Of a stretch of 64,000 nt of DNA, positions 29,201-39,837 are shown piece after piece (position 1 is the stretch's first letter; each line of letters starts with the position of its first letter). The position numbers were made by a program, and so were the translations under genes. Source of the stretch: Macrostomum lignano (lineage: Eukaryota); NCBI GenBank assembly GCA_002269645.1, contig NIVC01000063.1, positions 62,001 through 126,000 on the forward strand. The letters run 5' to 3'. The notes under the pieces are model-generated. The model was not told the origin of the DNA, ran no database searches, and saw only the letters and a program-made list of their open reading frames with translations.

Positions 29201-32200
29201 AGTCATACGCACAGGAGTGTACAGCAGCCCTGACTTTATTTATCGTTAGGCATGTACACTTCACTGTTTTCCCGTGGCTTTAAAAGCTTTTATAAAATGG
29301 TAAACATAAAAGCTGAGACATGGATAATTGCACTAGCTGAGAAGGAGATTATTTCACTATCTAAGAAAATGATTTTAATAAAGTATTCAAAAAAAGGTTG
29401 CGTCATTTCAAACGTGTCGAATGTCAAGGCTTACGGGGGGAATTGCTGAGATGTCAAGGCAAAAAGGATTCACAAAAATAATTTTTGTTTCTTGTTTATT
29501 TGGTCACAATATTGTTAGTTGGCACAAAAAAACAAATCTTCGATACATATCGGCAGTCTACCAGCATACAATTCTTGATAAAAACAAATATTCGATGCAT
29601 ATCGACAGAAAGCAGTGAATTGAGAATTTATAAAAGCTTATTGAACTTTTTTAATACATATCGGTAGATAGATAATCGCTAAATCAAAAGAACGCTCAAA
29701 TGACAGTCTACAAAAAAGTCCAAATTTCTAAAAAACAACCACATTCTAATTTTATTACTGTTAGTACAAAAATGCATTTTTTATCACATTTTTCTCAAAA
29801 CACCCGTCAGAAACTACTGGCGAGCTCGTTCTCCGAGAAGCACCTGACAGTTGAAATTCGAAGGCGCTACGGAGCCGTGGGAATTAATTCTCATTTGCTT
29901 CGCCAGCGGGGCGAGTTGAAACCAATCGAGGACCAAACCGAGTTTCGAACGTTGCAGCTGCCCTATGATGATAAATGCGATTTTCCGGAGGTCGATGTGG
30001 CTCAATACGATTTGGAGTCTGACCTGGGCGCCCTGCCCTACCTGCTGGTGCAGCTGCGCTATGAGCCCCCCGACTCAGATCCGGGTTTGTTGGGCACTCT
30101 GGGGATTGAGCACTCTGGGGATTGAGCGCTCTGGGAATTGAGCACTCTGGGGATTGAGTGCTCTGGGAATTGAGCACTCTGGGGATTGAGCACTCTGGGG
30201 ATTGAGCGCTCTGGAAATTGAGCACTCTGGGGATTGAGCACTCTGGGGATTGAGCACTCTGGGAATTGAGCGCTCTGGGAATTGAGCACTCTGGGGATCG
30301 AGCACTCTACAAGGGTTGAGCACTCTGGGGATTGAGCACTCTGGGGATTGAGCGCTCTGGGAATTGAGCACTCTGGGGATTGAGTGCTCTGGGAATTGAG
30401 CACTCTGGGAATTGAGCACTCTAGGGATTGAGAACTCTAAACGGGTTGAGCACTCTGGGGATTGAGCACTCTGTGGATTGAGCACTCTAAGGATTGAGAA
30501 CTCTGAGGATTGAGCACTCCTGCAATTGAGCATTATGTATCAACTCACTTATGCCCATCATCCGCAGTAATTCTCGGCTGGGCCAGAGTGACCCCCTACG
30601 AGCGCCTTAGCAACGGTCAGTTCGACGCTGTCAAGCGATTCCGCATCACGTGCCCGATTTATCCCGGACACCTGCCGGACGATCCGCTCGGCTGGCAGCC
30701 CGGGGAGCTGCCGGACTTTGACGGTGGGATATAATGGAAGAAGGGGAAAGGAAAGATAAGGGGAACATGATGGAGAATAAAGGGATGGGAAGAAAGGATC
30801 GGATTGAGGAAATGTGATCAGGAAGGGAAATGCGATCAGGATGGGGAATGGGATCAGGATGGGAAATGGGATCAGGATGGGAAATGAGATCAGGATGGGG
30901 AATGGGATCAGGATGGAAAATGGGATCAGGATGGAAATGGGATCAGGATGGGAAATAGGATCAGGATGGGAAATGGGATCAGGATGGGGAATGGGATCAG
31001 GATGGGAAATGGGATCAGGATGGGGAATGGGATCAGGATGGAAAATGGGATCAGGATGGGAAATGGGATCAGGATGGGAAATGGGATCAGGATGGGAAAT
31101 GGGATCAGGATGGGAAATGGGATCAGGATGGGAAATGGGATCAGGATGGGAAATGGGATCAGGATGGGAAATGGGATCAGGATGGGGAATGGGATCAGGA
31201 AGGGAAATGGGATCAGGATGGGGAATGGGATCAGGATGGGAAATGAGATTAGGATGGGAAATAGGATCAGGATGGGAAATGGGATCAGGATGGGGAATGG
31301 GATCAGGATGGGAAATGGGATCAGGATGGGAAAAGGGATCAGAATGGGAAATGGGATCAGGATAAGAAATGAGACATGAGGAAGGTAGGAATAGGTGTGA
31401 ATATGATCAGGTAGACAGGAGAGAAAGATAATCGTAGGTAGAGACAAAAGGTGAGAGGTAGACAAGAATGGAAAGATTCAGTCAGGCATTTTCTCACCGT
31501 GTTGTAGAAGACGACCCAGAAGAGCGGCAGCAGGCAGCGGATTACAGGGACGGCTTAGTGAATGGTGAGCGACCACTGCTGCATTGCTGTTTGTCGAAAC
31601 GTGAATGGTGGGATCTCTAATTAGGGATTCATACCTTGAATGATGGGATCTCTAATTAGGGATTCATACCTTGAATGGTGGGATCTCTAATTAGGGATTC
31701 ATACCTTGAATGATGGGATCTCTAATTAAGGATTCATACCTTGAATGATGGGATCTCTAATTGGGGATTCATACCTTGAATGATGGGATCTCTAATTAGG
31801 GATTCATACCTTGAATGATGGGATCTCTAATTAGGGATTCATACCTTGAATGATGGGATCTCTAATTAGGGATTCATACCTTGAATGATGGGATCTCTAA
31901 TTAGGGATTCATACCTTGAATGATGGGATCTCTAATTAGGGATTCATACCTTGAATGATGGGATCTCTAATTAGGGATTCACCTAAATGACAATAAATGA
32001 TAAATGAATGATGACAAACCGGCTATAAAAAATCATTCCCAGCCTACCTGGGCGACTTCTCCGAGATCAGCTTGCACGGCTACCCCATCGGCGAGTCCCC
32101 CAGCCCGCTGGTGATTCTGCCGCCGCCTCAAAAAGAGCCCGCCAAGGAGAAGACTCCCAGCCCGCTGCCACCGCCTCCGGAGACCCCGCCGCCTGCGGAG

Positions 32201-35200
32201 GAGCCCGAGTGAGCCATAACTGACCCCCACTGATTCCCCCATTGACCCCCTCATTGCCTCCCTCGTTGACTCCCCCATTGACTCTCCCATTGACTCTCTC
32301 ATTGACTCCCCCATTGACTCCCCTATTGACTCCCCTATTGACTCCCCCATTGACTCCCTCAATGCCTCCCCCATTGACTCCCCCATTGACCCCCCCATTG
32401 ACTCTGTCGTTGACTCCGTCATTGACTCCCCCCACCCCAGACTGACTCCTAGATAGCTCCCTCATCAATCCCCCATCAATCACTCAATAATTCCTCCTTA
32501 ATCCCCATAGGTTACTCCTTAATCCCTCACCAATCCCTCATTAAAATCTCTCCTCTCCGCCCTCCCAGGCCGGTCCGACAGCCAAAGAACATACCCAGGC
32601 GGCATTGGACGATTCACGACCCCGCCATCGAGAAGACCTACCCGCAAGCCACTGCCACGAATCAGCCTTTCGACGTGTACATCGACCAGATTCGGTACAT
32701 GTTCGATGGAATCACTATTGTGAAGGTGAGGAACTGCGTTAATTGATCTAATTCATTTGATTGACCTTAATTGACCTCCTAGCATCGACAATGTCAACAA
32801 CGCTTGACCTCAGTTGACCTCAGTATCTAAATAGATTGACTGACCTCAGTTGACCTCAGTATCTAAATAGATATATATCTAAATAGATATATATATCTAA
32901 ATAGATTGATATATATAATATATATCTAAATAGATTGACTGACCTCAGTTGACCTCAGTATCTAAATAGATTGATTGACCTCATTTGACCTCAGTATCTA
33001 AATAGATTGATTGACCTCAGTTGACCCCAAGTATCAATACATCTAAATAGACTTTTTACCTCAGTTGATTCCAGTTTATAAATGTTTTGGCTGACCTTAT
33101 TTGACCTCCTCGACCTCGACTTCGCAGCTCACCGGCAGATTTTTAAACACGGGCCACGACACGGAGATCCCAGACATCCTGCTGGTCCCAAATCCCAAGC
33201 TATCGCCAAGAAATTTAAATTTCTTTGCTGGCCAGCGGGTTCAGATTACCGCATCCGACGCGATGAACCTCGGCAAGGACAGCGCGCTGGTGATCAGGGT
33301 GTACACTTTGATCAAGCCAGATCTGGAAATGGTGGTGGTTGGAACCTGCGTGCTGCCGATATTCGACAATAAGGTGCGTGCAATTGGGCTGTCTGGTAGA
33401 TTCTGGTGGATTTTAGTGCAGTCTGGTAGGTTCTGGTAGATTTTAGTGCAGTCTGGTAGCTTCTGGTAGATTTAAGTGCAGTGTGGTAGGTTCTGGTAGA
33501 TTTGAGTGCAGTCTGGTAGGTTCTGGTAGATTTGAGTGCAGTCTGGTAGCTTCTGGTAGATTTAAGTGCAGTCTGGTAGGCTCTGGTAGATTTGAGTGCA
33601 GTCTGGTAGGTTCTGGTAGATTTGAGTGCAGTCTGGTAGGTTCTGGTAGATTTGAGTGCAGTCTGGTAGGTTCTGGTGGATTTGAGTGCAGTCTGGTAGG
33701 TTTTGGTAGATTTGAGTGCAGTCTGGTAGGTTCTGTTAGGTTTGAGTGCCGTCTGGTAGGTTCTGGTAGATTTGAGTGCAGTCTGGTAGGTTTTGATAAA
33801 TTTGAGTTCAGTATCGTAGATTCTGTCTGGTAGATTTGAGTGCAGTCTGGTAGGTTTTATGAGTGTCTTGTAAGTTTTATCAGCGTCTGGTAGGTTTAAT
33901 CAGTGACTGGTAGGTTTATCAGTGTCTGGCTCGGGATTGAACCAGTGGGGGCAAACGAACGGTTTTATTGATCAACCCACAGGGTCGCCTACTCACCGGC
34001 GGTCATCAGCTCCGGCTTCGAGAGCACGCCTCCATGGTGGCAGCGGGCCAGCAGCGGGCCTCTCTCGCCACCAGCTTGGACTCCATCAAGCAGGCCAAGT
34101 CTCTGCCCTGCGTGACCGGCTTGTTCCGCCTGCTCCCGCAAAGTGCTCGGCCAATCGACGCTCCGGACTACACCAGCGGCTACTATCGCTCTGAGGAGTG
34201 CCGGCCAACGGACGCTGAGCTGCGAGTATTTCGCGAGCACGACAGATACGAGAGCTACCCGGAGACGTTCGCCCCGTTGGTTAACTATGTGCAGAGCCAG
34301 GACACTGTGAAAGTGGCCGCCAATGACTATAACCAGGTGTGTTGCAACTCTGTTGATAAATCTTGTCACTCTGTTGATTATCCCTGTCACTCTAATGTTG
34401 ATAAATCTTGTCACTCTAATGTTGATAAATCTTGTCACTCTAATGTTGATAAATCTTGTCACTCTAATGTTGATAAATCTTGTCACTCTAATGTTGATAA
34501 ATCTTGTCACTCTAATGTTGATAAATCTTGTCACTTTAATGTTGATTAATCTTGTCACTCTAATGTTGATAAATATTGTCACTCTACTGTTGATAAATCT
34601 TGTCACTCTACTGTTGATAAATCTTGTCACTCTAATGTTAATAAATCTTGTCACTCTAATGTTGATAAATCTTGTCACTCTAATGTTGATAAATCTTGTC
34701 ACTCTAATGTTGATAAATCTTGTCACTCTAATGTTGATAAATCTTGTCACTCTTTTGATGATTGATCTTGTCACTCTTTTGATGATAAATCTTGTCACTT
34801 TAATGTTGATTAATCTTGTCACTTTAATGTTGATTAATCTTGTCACTCTAATGTTGATAAATCTTGTCACTCTACTGTTGATAAATCTTGTCACTCTAAT
34901 GTTAATAAATCTTGTCACTCTAATGTTGATAAATCTTGTCACTCTAATGTTGATAAATCTTGTCACTCTAATGTTGATAAATCTTGTCACTCTAATGTTG
35001 ATAAATCTTGTCACTCTAATGTTGATAAATCTTTGTCACTCTACTGTTGATCAATCTTGTCTCTCTAATAAATATTCTTGATGTTACTCCAACAAAAGGT
35101 GATGGCCTACGTTCCGACTCGAATGGACCCGGCAAGGTGCCTGCCGCCCAACACGGCCCCGAGAGCGATGCCGCAGGAGCTGCACTTTCACTATCGGGAC

Positions 35201-38200
35201 TTGTCCGGCGCCTTCGTCCGGCTTGAGGCCGCCTACGGATTGCCGAAGCCGAATTCGGCAGCTTCGGCTGATCTCATTTTTGGCGTTCTCATGACCATCG
35301 TCGGGGCCAAGAAGCTGGAATCCTTGCCTAGCAAAGCTCTGGGCATCGGCTTTGATACCATGGCCGTGTTTGTGCAGTCTGGTAGGGGCTGGGGTGACCT
35401 ACTAACCCTACACTGTCTAGTAGGGCTGGGGTGACCTACTAACCCTACACTGTCTAGTAGGGCTGGGGTGACCTACTAACCCTACACTGTCTAGTAGGGC
35501 TGGGGTGACCTACTAACCCTACACTGTCTAGTAGGGCTGGGGTGACCTACTAACCCTACACTGTCTAGTAGGGCTGGGGTGACCTACTAACCCTACACTG
35601 TCTAGTAGGGCTGGGGTGACCTACTAACCCTACACTGTCTAGTAGGGCTGGGGTGACCTACTAACCCTACACTGTCTAGTAGGGCTGGGGTGACCTACTA
35701 ACCCTACACTGTCTAGTAGGGCTGGGGTGACCTACTAACCCTACACTGTCTAGTAGGGCTGGGGTGACCTACTAACCCTACACTGTCTAGTAGGGCTGGG
35801 GTGACCTACTAACCCTACACTGTCTAGTAGGGCTGGGGTGACCTACTAACCCTACACTGTCTAGTAGGGCTGGGGTGACCTACTAACCCTACACTGTCTA
35901 GTAGGGCTGGGGTGACCTACTAACCCTACACTGTCTAGTAGGGCTGGGGTGACTTACTAACCCTACACTGTCTAGTAGGGCTGGGGTGACCTACTAACCC
36001 TACACTGTCTAGTAGGGCTGGGGTGACCTACTAACCCTACACTGTCTAGTAGGGCTGGGGTGACTGTCTGGTAGACACTGTCTAGTAGGGCTGGGGTGAC
36101 TCTCTGGTGGACACTGTCTAGTAGGGCTGGGGCGACTGTCTAGTGGACACTGTCTAGTAGGGCTGGGGTGACCTACTAACCCTACACTGTCTAGTAGGGC
36201 TGGGGTGACTGTCTGGTAGACACTGTCTAGTAGGGCTGGGGTGACTGTCTAGTAGACACTGTCTAGTAGGGCTGGGGTGACTGTTTGGTAGACACTGTCT
36301 AGTAGGGCTGGGGTGACTGTCTAGTAGACACTGTCTAGTAGGGCTGGGGTGGCTGTCTGGTAGACACTGTCAAGTAGGGCTGGGGCGACTGTCTGGCAGT
36401 GTCTCGTAAGGGACTGCTCAGGGCCAGAAGACTCAGGTAGCCAACCCCACCTCCGCCCCACCCCAGGCGCCGGCAGGTTCACCCGCCGGGCGGAGCAGCT
36501 GAACCCGCGGTCGGACCCAGCCAACACCCTGCTTGTGCAGTTCTTCCGCCTGCCCGGAGTTGCCCATCGCGACGGCAAGCTCTTCGAGGGCGAGCAGGAA
36601 GTGACGGAGCTGAAGAAAGATCATTTTGTTGCCTGGGCCGTGTGCCCGCTGTTGAACCAGTGAGCAACTTGATATAACTGACTATTTTTGAGTATAAACA
36701 AGTGATTATTCAGTAATTTGTTCACCCACTGACTCAGGGAGTACACCTACAATGGCCGTCACCGGGTGCCCGTGTTCAGCCAGTCCGACTTGCCGCTGAC
36801 CACCAACAGAGTGCGCACCATCCGCTCTCGGGGCCTGACTGGCGCGCTCAAGGTTGACGGCGCGCTGGCCACCCATGTGGTACGCTTGGGGCGATTCTGG
36901 GGGGCGATTCTGGGGGGCGATTCTTGGGGGGATTCTTGGGGGGATTCTTGGGGGGATTCTTGGGGGATTCTTGAGGGGGATTCTTGGGGGGATTCTTGGG
37001 GATTCTTGGGGGGGTTCTTGGGGGGTTCTTGGGGGATTCTTGGGGGGATTCTTGGGGGGATTCTTGGGGGGGATTCTTGGGGGGATTCTTGGGGGGATTC
37101 TTCGGGGGGATTCTTAGGGGATTCTTGGAAGGGATTCTTGGAAGGGATTCTTGGGGGATTCTTGGGGGTTCTTGGGAGGGATTCTTGGGGGGTTCTTGGG
37201 GGGTTCTTGGGGGGGGTTCTTGGGGGATTCTTGGGGGATTCTTGGGGGGATTCTTTGGGGGGTTCTTGGGGGTTTCTTAGGGGGGTTCTTGGGGGGGGTT
37301 CTTGGGGGATTCTTGGGGGGATTCTTGGGGGGGATTCTTGGGGGGATTCTTGGGGGGATTCTTAGGGGGGATTCTTAGGGGATTCTTGGAAGGGATTCTT
37401 GGAAGGGATTCTTGGGGGGATTCTTGGGGGGTTCTTGGGAGGGGGGTCGAAGCTTGGGAAGGGGCGATTCTTGGGAAGGGGCGCTTCTTGGGAAGGGGCG
37501 CTTCTTGGGAAGGGGCGCTTCTTGGGAAGGGGCGCTTCTTGGGAAGGGGCGATTCTTGGGGGCGATTTTCATGGGTAGCAATTTTGGGAGCAATTCTTGG
37601 AGGCGATTGTTGAGGGGGTGATTTCTCGGGGCGATTTTTCGGTGGGCGATTACCGGAGGTAATTTTTCGTTGGGACGATTTTCGACGGGCTGAGCGTAGC
37701 GGATTTTTGGCGGAATGATTCCGAAAGATCGGCACTCAGAAAGGATGTTGGCTCCCGGAAGTTCCCAACTAAAATTTATCATTCTTCTGACACAAATATT
37801 TGACTGCTTTGTGACAACAGGCAACCAGCAGCGCTCTGCTATCGGTGGTCGACGGTCACCTGAGCTACAAGGAGGCTCCAGAAAACGCAAAGGTATGCGC
37901 AGAGCTTATGGCCGTCCTTATTGAATTAGTAGTGTAATTAAAACGATTCGAATCCCCGCCCACAAACAGATTCACACCTCTGTGTACGAGCACCTGCCCA
38001 AGACCACAGCGGCTGACTATCAACCTGCGATCGACTCTGCTCAGCTTGAGCAGTCCAGTTTCGGTCAGAATTGTCAGGAAGCCATCGAAAATGCGATTGT
38101 GAGATTCCTGCTGAATATCCTACTGAGCACTCTACCTCTCCCTGCCTCCCACTCTGCACCCTACCTCTCCCTGTCTCCCTCTCTGCACCCTACCTCTCCC

Positions 38201-38763
38201 TGTCTCCCTCTCTGCACTCTACCTCTCACTGCCTCCCTCTCTGACCCCTACCTCTCCCTGTCTCCCTCTCTGCACTCTACCTCTCACTGCCTCCCTCTCT
38301 GCATCCTAACTCTCACTGCCTCCCTCTCTGCACTCTACCTCTCACTGCCTCCCTATCTGCATCCTAACTCTCACTGCCTCCCTCTCTGCACTCTACCTCT
38401 CACTGCCTCCCTCTCTGCATCCTAACTCTCACTGCCTCCCTCTCTGCACTCTACCTCTCACTGCCTCCCTCTCTGCACTCTACCTCTCACTGCCTCCCTC
38501 TCTGCATCCTAACTCTCACTGCCTCCCTCTCTGCATCCTAACTCTCACTGCCTCCCTCTCTGCATCCTACCTCTCCCTGTCTCCCTGCCTCCTTTTCTGC
38601 ACCCTACCTCTCACTGCCTCCCTCTCTGCACCCTACTTCACCGTCTCCCTGATTAAATAAGGATAAATTCCCGAACGCTGAGTCCATAATTAACAAATCG
38701 TAAACATATTTTCAGAGCGGCACAAAGCGCAATCAGTACCAGCCTCTGTTTGTGCCTGCTTAA
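9440..38763 (+). CDS. Large multi-exon protein, TBC/Rab-GAP-like N-terminal region plus C2-like C-terminal regions; 5' end unresolved. Exons: 9440-9683, 11415-11538, 13456-13630, 21666-21987, 24983-25399, 29811-30084, 30568-30723, 31508-31564 (candidate), 32043-32208, 32569-32725, 33128-33373, 33983-34336, 35099-35381, 36467-36659, 36738-36879, 37821-37892, 37970-38098, 38716-38763
   Basis: All exons have AG/GT ends and the intron phases chain to a TAA at 38761-38763, except for a single missing base in exon 21666-21987. TBC-like motifs: GRRLPQALRQFVW, RVLNVLYVYDRSY, FLRKWIGE|GFVGVLGLHAAMFYWDQCF. C2-like beta-strand motifs: LGWARVTPY, LVIRVYTL, VVGTCVLPIFD, FVAWAVCPLL. About 3.56 kb of coding sequence. 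Domain names come from motif recognition, not a search. Confidence 0.8.
9700..10092. repeat. ~37-bp minisatellite GAGCCTGATGTCTATGGCCTGGGTGGCTTGGCTTTAT
   Basis: About 9 degenerate units starting 16 nt after the donor at 9684. Confidence 0.9.
10648..11140. repeat. 15-bp GC-rich minisatellite CTGGCGCCCCTGGTG
   Basis: About 33 near-perfect units, intronic. Confidence 0.95.
11915..12335. repeat. CT-rich low-complexity repeat (CTCTC/CACCT)
   Basis: Directly visible. Confidence 0.9.
13112..13400. repeat. 21-bp minisatellite GGGTGTGGGTTAGTTGATTTC
   Basis: About 13 units ending shortly before the acceptor at 13455. Confidence 0.95.
13687..17878. repeat. 4.2-kb 22-bp satellite with two unit types (GAGGTGAGCAATGAGGCGCCAT / GAGATTAGAAATGAGGCGCCAT) and higher-order structure
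   Basis: Directly visible; recurring ORF starts give 266-, 310- and 992-bp super-periods. Confidence 0.97.
18470..19085. repeat. AG-rich minisatellite (AGAGTAGAGATGAGAG...AGTAGATTTTTG)
   Basis: Directly visible. Confidence 0.9.
20625..21632. repeat. 22-bp minisatellite CAGACTCCTATCGCAGACACAA with a 23-bp variant
   Basis: About 45 units ending ~30 nt before the acceptor at 21665. Confidence 0.95.
22215..22420. repeat. 12-bp degenerate repeat GGAGAGGTCA(C/A)T
   Basis: Directly visible. Confidence 0.8.
22900..23515. repeat. Polypyrimidine (CTCT/CCCCTCT) low-complexity array
   Basis: Directly visible. Confidence 0.9.
24115..24880. repeat. Polypurine 12-bp repeat GGGGAGGAGGAT
   Basis: Directly visible. 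Confidence 0.9.
25436..25822. repeat. ~51-bp minisatellite TTCGATACATATCGGTAGTCTACCAGCATACAATTGTTGCTAAAACAAAAC
   Basis: About 7 units after the donor at 25400; related units recur at ~29538-29670. Confidence 0.9.
25940..26212 (-). mobile_element. tRNA-derived SINE with CORE-like central domain (intact copy A)
   Basis: Minus strand: A box TAGCCTAGTGG, B box GGTTCGATTCC, then CTTGAGCAAGACACTTAACTCTGCATTGCTTCAGTTCACCCAGCTGTAAAATGGG, resembling the MIR/CORE block; AT-rich tail; second copy at ~56.65 kb. Confidence 0.85.
26622..27922. repeat. 25-bp minisatellite CCCACTCAGCCCCTGACCAGCTTGA overlapping the lectin stop codon
   Basis: About 52 units; the terminal unit encodes WVKLVRG* on the minus strand. 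Confidence 0.95.
27899..28648 (-). CDS. Secreted C-type lectin domain protein with a C-terminal PAN/apple-like Cys module (249 aa), intronless, nested antisense in an intron
   Basis: Signal peptide MHLTVLSAIWSAVFLLTIGPVMS. CTLD pattern CPAPF..CLL..SWCSANRRC..GGEL..MWTGL..W..GEPSD..NC..LGDRAC..FVCQF. C-terminal C..C..CRSALYN..ACRL. Confidence 0.9.
   Translation of the reverse strand: MHLTVLSAIWSAVFLLTIGPVMSDQNCPAPFQLHSATQLCLLIESSESYSWCSANRRCDELGGELISSPESIVALLASNLVDNITVDMWTGLTDLGYEVGKNRTGWQRVNGGGEFPRNDSLWCCGEPSDGYQQNCIRFATNRGLGDRACSHLLGFVCQFVKPPAANKSAGYWTPIEFKRTRNDTYYCHKELQPVDSLKACLIRASLGGSRCRSALYNSRLAACRLLQFADAPVDPEIKSSPDWVKLVRG
30095..30525. repeat. 16-bp minisatellite ATTGAGCACTCTGGGG
   Basis: Starts 10 nt after the donor at 30085. 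Confidence 0.95.
30815..31365. repeat. 18-bp minisatellite GGGAAATGGGATCAGGAT
   Basis: About 30 units. Confidence 0.95.
31602..31981. repeat. 35-bp minisatellite GAATGATGGGATCTCTAATTAGGGATTCATACCTT
   Basis: About 11 units. Confidence 0.95.
32222..32432. repeat. 12-bp repeat ATTGACTCCCCC
   Basis: Starts ~13 nt after the donor at 32209. Confidence 0.9.
32808..33070. repeat. Degenerate repeat TTGACCTCAGTATCTAAATAGA
   Basis: Directly visible. Confidence 0.8.
33391..33860. repeat. 30-bp minisatellite GTCTGGTAGGTTCTGGTAGATTTGAGTGCA
   Basis: About 15 units. Confidence 0.95.
34350..35058. repeat. 24-bp minisatellite TTGATAAATCTTGTCACTCTAATG
   Basis: About 29 units filling nearly the whole intron 34337-35098. 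Confidence 0.95.
35377..36398. repeat. 37-bp minisatellite GTCTAGTAGGGCTGGGGTGACCTACTAACCCTACACT
   Basis: About 18 near-perfect units, then shorter variants; the first unit overlaps the exon donor at 35381/35382. Confidence 0.95.
36887..37565. repeat. G-rich 12-13-bp repeat GGGGGATTCTT(G)
   Basis: Starts 7 nt after the donor at 36880. Confidence 0.93.
38127..38640. repeat. 29-bp minisatellite CTCTCACTGCCTCCCTCTCTGCACTCTAC
   Basis: Fills most of the last intron. Confidence 0.92.
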
Positions 38764-39359
38764 ACCGGGATCAAAGAAGATTGCAGGACATTTGCACTTT
38801 GAGTTTCACACTGATTTTAATATTTGTTATACTGATTCACTTCTCTTTACTTCTTTCTCGCGTCACAGGTCGTTTATTAACACTTATAATGCACCTCTGA
38901 ATAGTACGTCTTTTTTATATCGCATAATTATTAATGTTTATTTCCAGTTATCTATTTCGATTTTAAATACTTGATATTTAAATACTTTTTTTAAATTACT
39001 ATCCAGAATCTTCTGTGTATTTTCTGTCAAAATATTCAAAATAGAAAATAAAATAAAAAGCGTGCTGAATTTTCCGTAATATTTAAAGGTCTGAAACTTG
39101 TTAGGTGGTAAAAATATGGAATTTTTCTTTTAAACATTATTTAATGAGCATTAGTAGCACTAGAAATAGAAAAGTTTCCTCGTAATATGAAATAATTTAT
39201 ATTGTTTGCAATAAGTACATTTGAGGTATGAAACAGAAAAAATGAACTAAATAATATTAATAATAAAAATCTTCATAACAATAAGAAACTGAATAAAGCT
39301 AAAATTATATAAAATTAATTGGAATAATTTTATGGTCCACGCGGTTGACAAAACCGTAG

Positions 39360-39745
39360 CGACTGTGACCTTGAAAATCCGGGGTGATCATCAATCGTGA
39401 CCTTGAGAATCTTGGGGATCCCCAATCGTGACCTTGAGAATCTGGGTGGAAAGATCACCAATCGTAACCTTAGGGAATCCCCAGTCGTGACCTTAATAAT
39501 CTTGGGGATCCCCACTCGTGACCTTGGAGAATCCCCAGTCGTGACCTTAAGAATCTTGGGAATCCCCACTCGTGATTTTGAGAATCATTTGGATTCCCAA
39601 TCGTGACCTTGAGTATCAGGGTGGAAAGATCGCCAATCGTAACCTTGATAATAATGGATATCCCTAATCCTAACCTTAAGAATCTTGGGGATTCCCAATT
39701 GTGACCTTGAGAATCTGGAGGACCCCAACCGCGGCCTTGAGAAAC
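39360..39745. repeat. Degenerate minisatellite CGTGACCTTGAGAATCTTGGGGATCCCCAAT
   Basis: Between the convergent 3' ends of two genes. Confidence 0.8.
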
Positions 39746-39837
39746 TGGAGCGATCACGAACCGTATAAACAATCCTGGCCGTAAAAACCATTTAGGGCTT
39801 GTAACTAAAAACTCTCATGCTTTAAAAGATTCTCAAA

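Noticed and set aside
25436-36398. CRISPR-like arrays (35-, 37- and 51-bp units)
   Set aside because: Head-to-tail repeats without unique spacers, no cas genes, eukaryotic introns
20609-37890. Repeat-derived ORFs (TQQTPIAD, MGNGIR, VTRFINIR, GGFLG, GSGRFECS, poly-Ser/Pro)
   Set aside because: They coincide with intronic minisatellites; only the short exonic parts were kept
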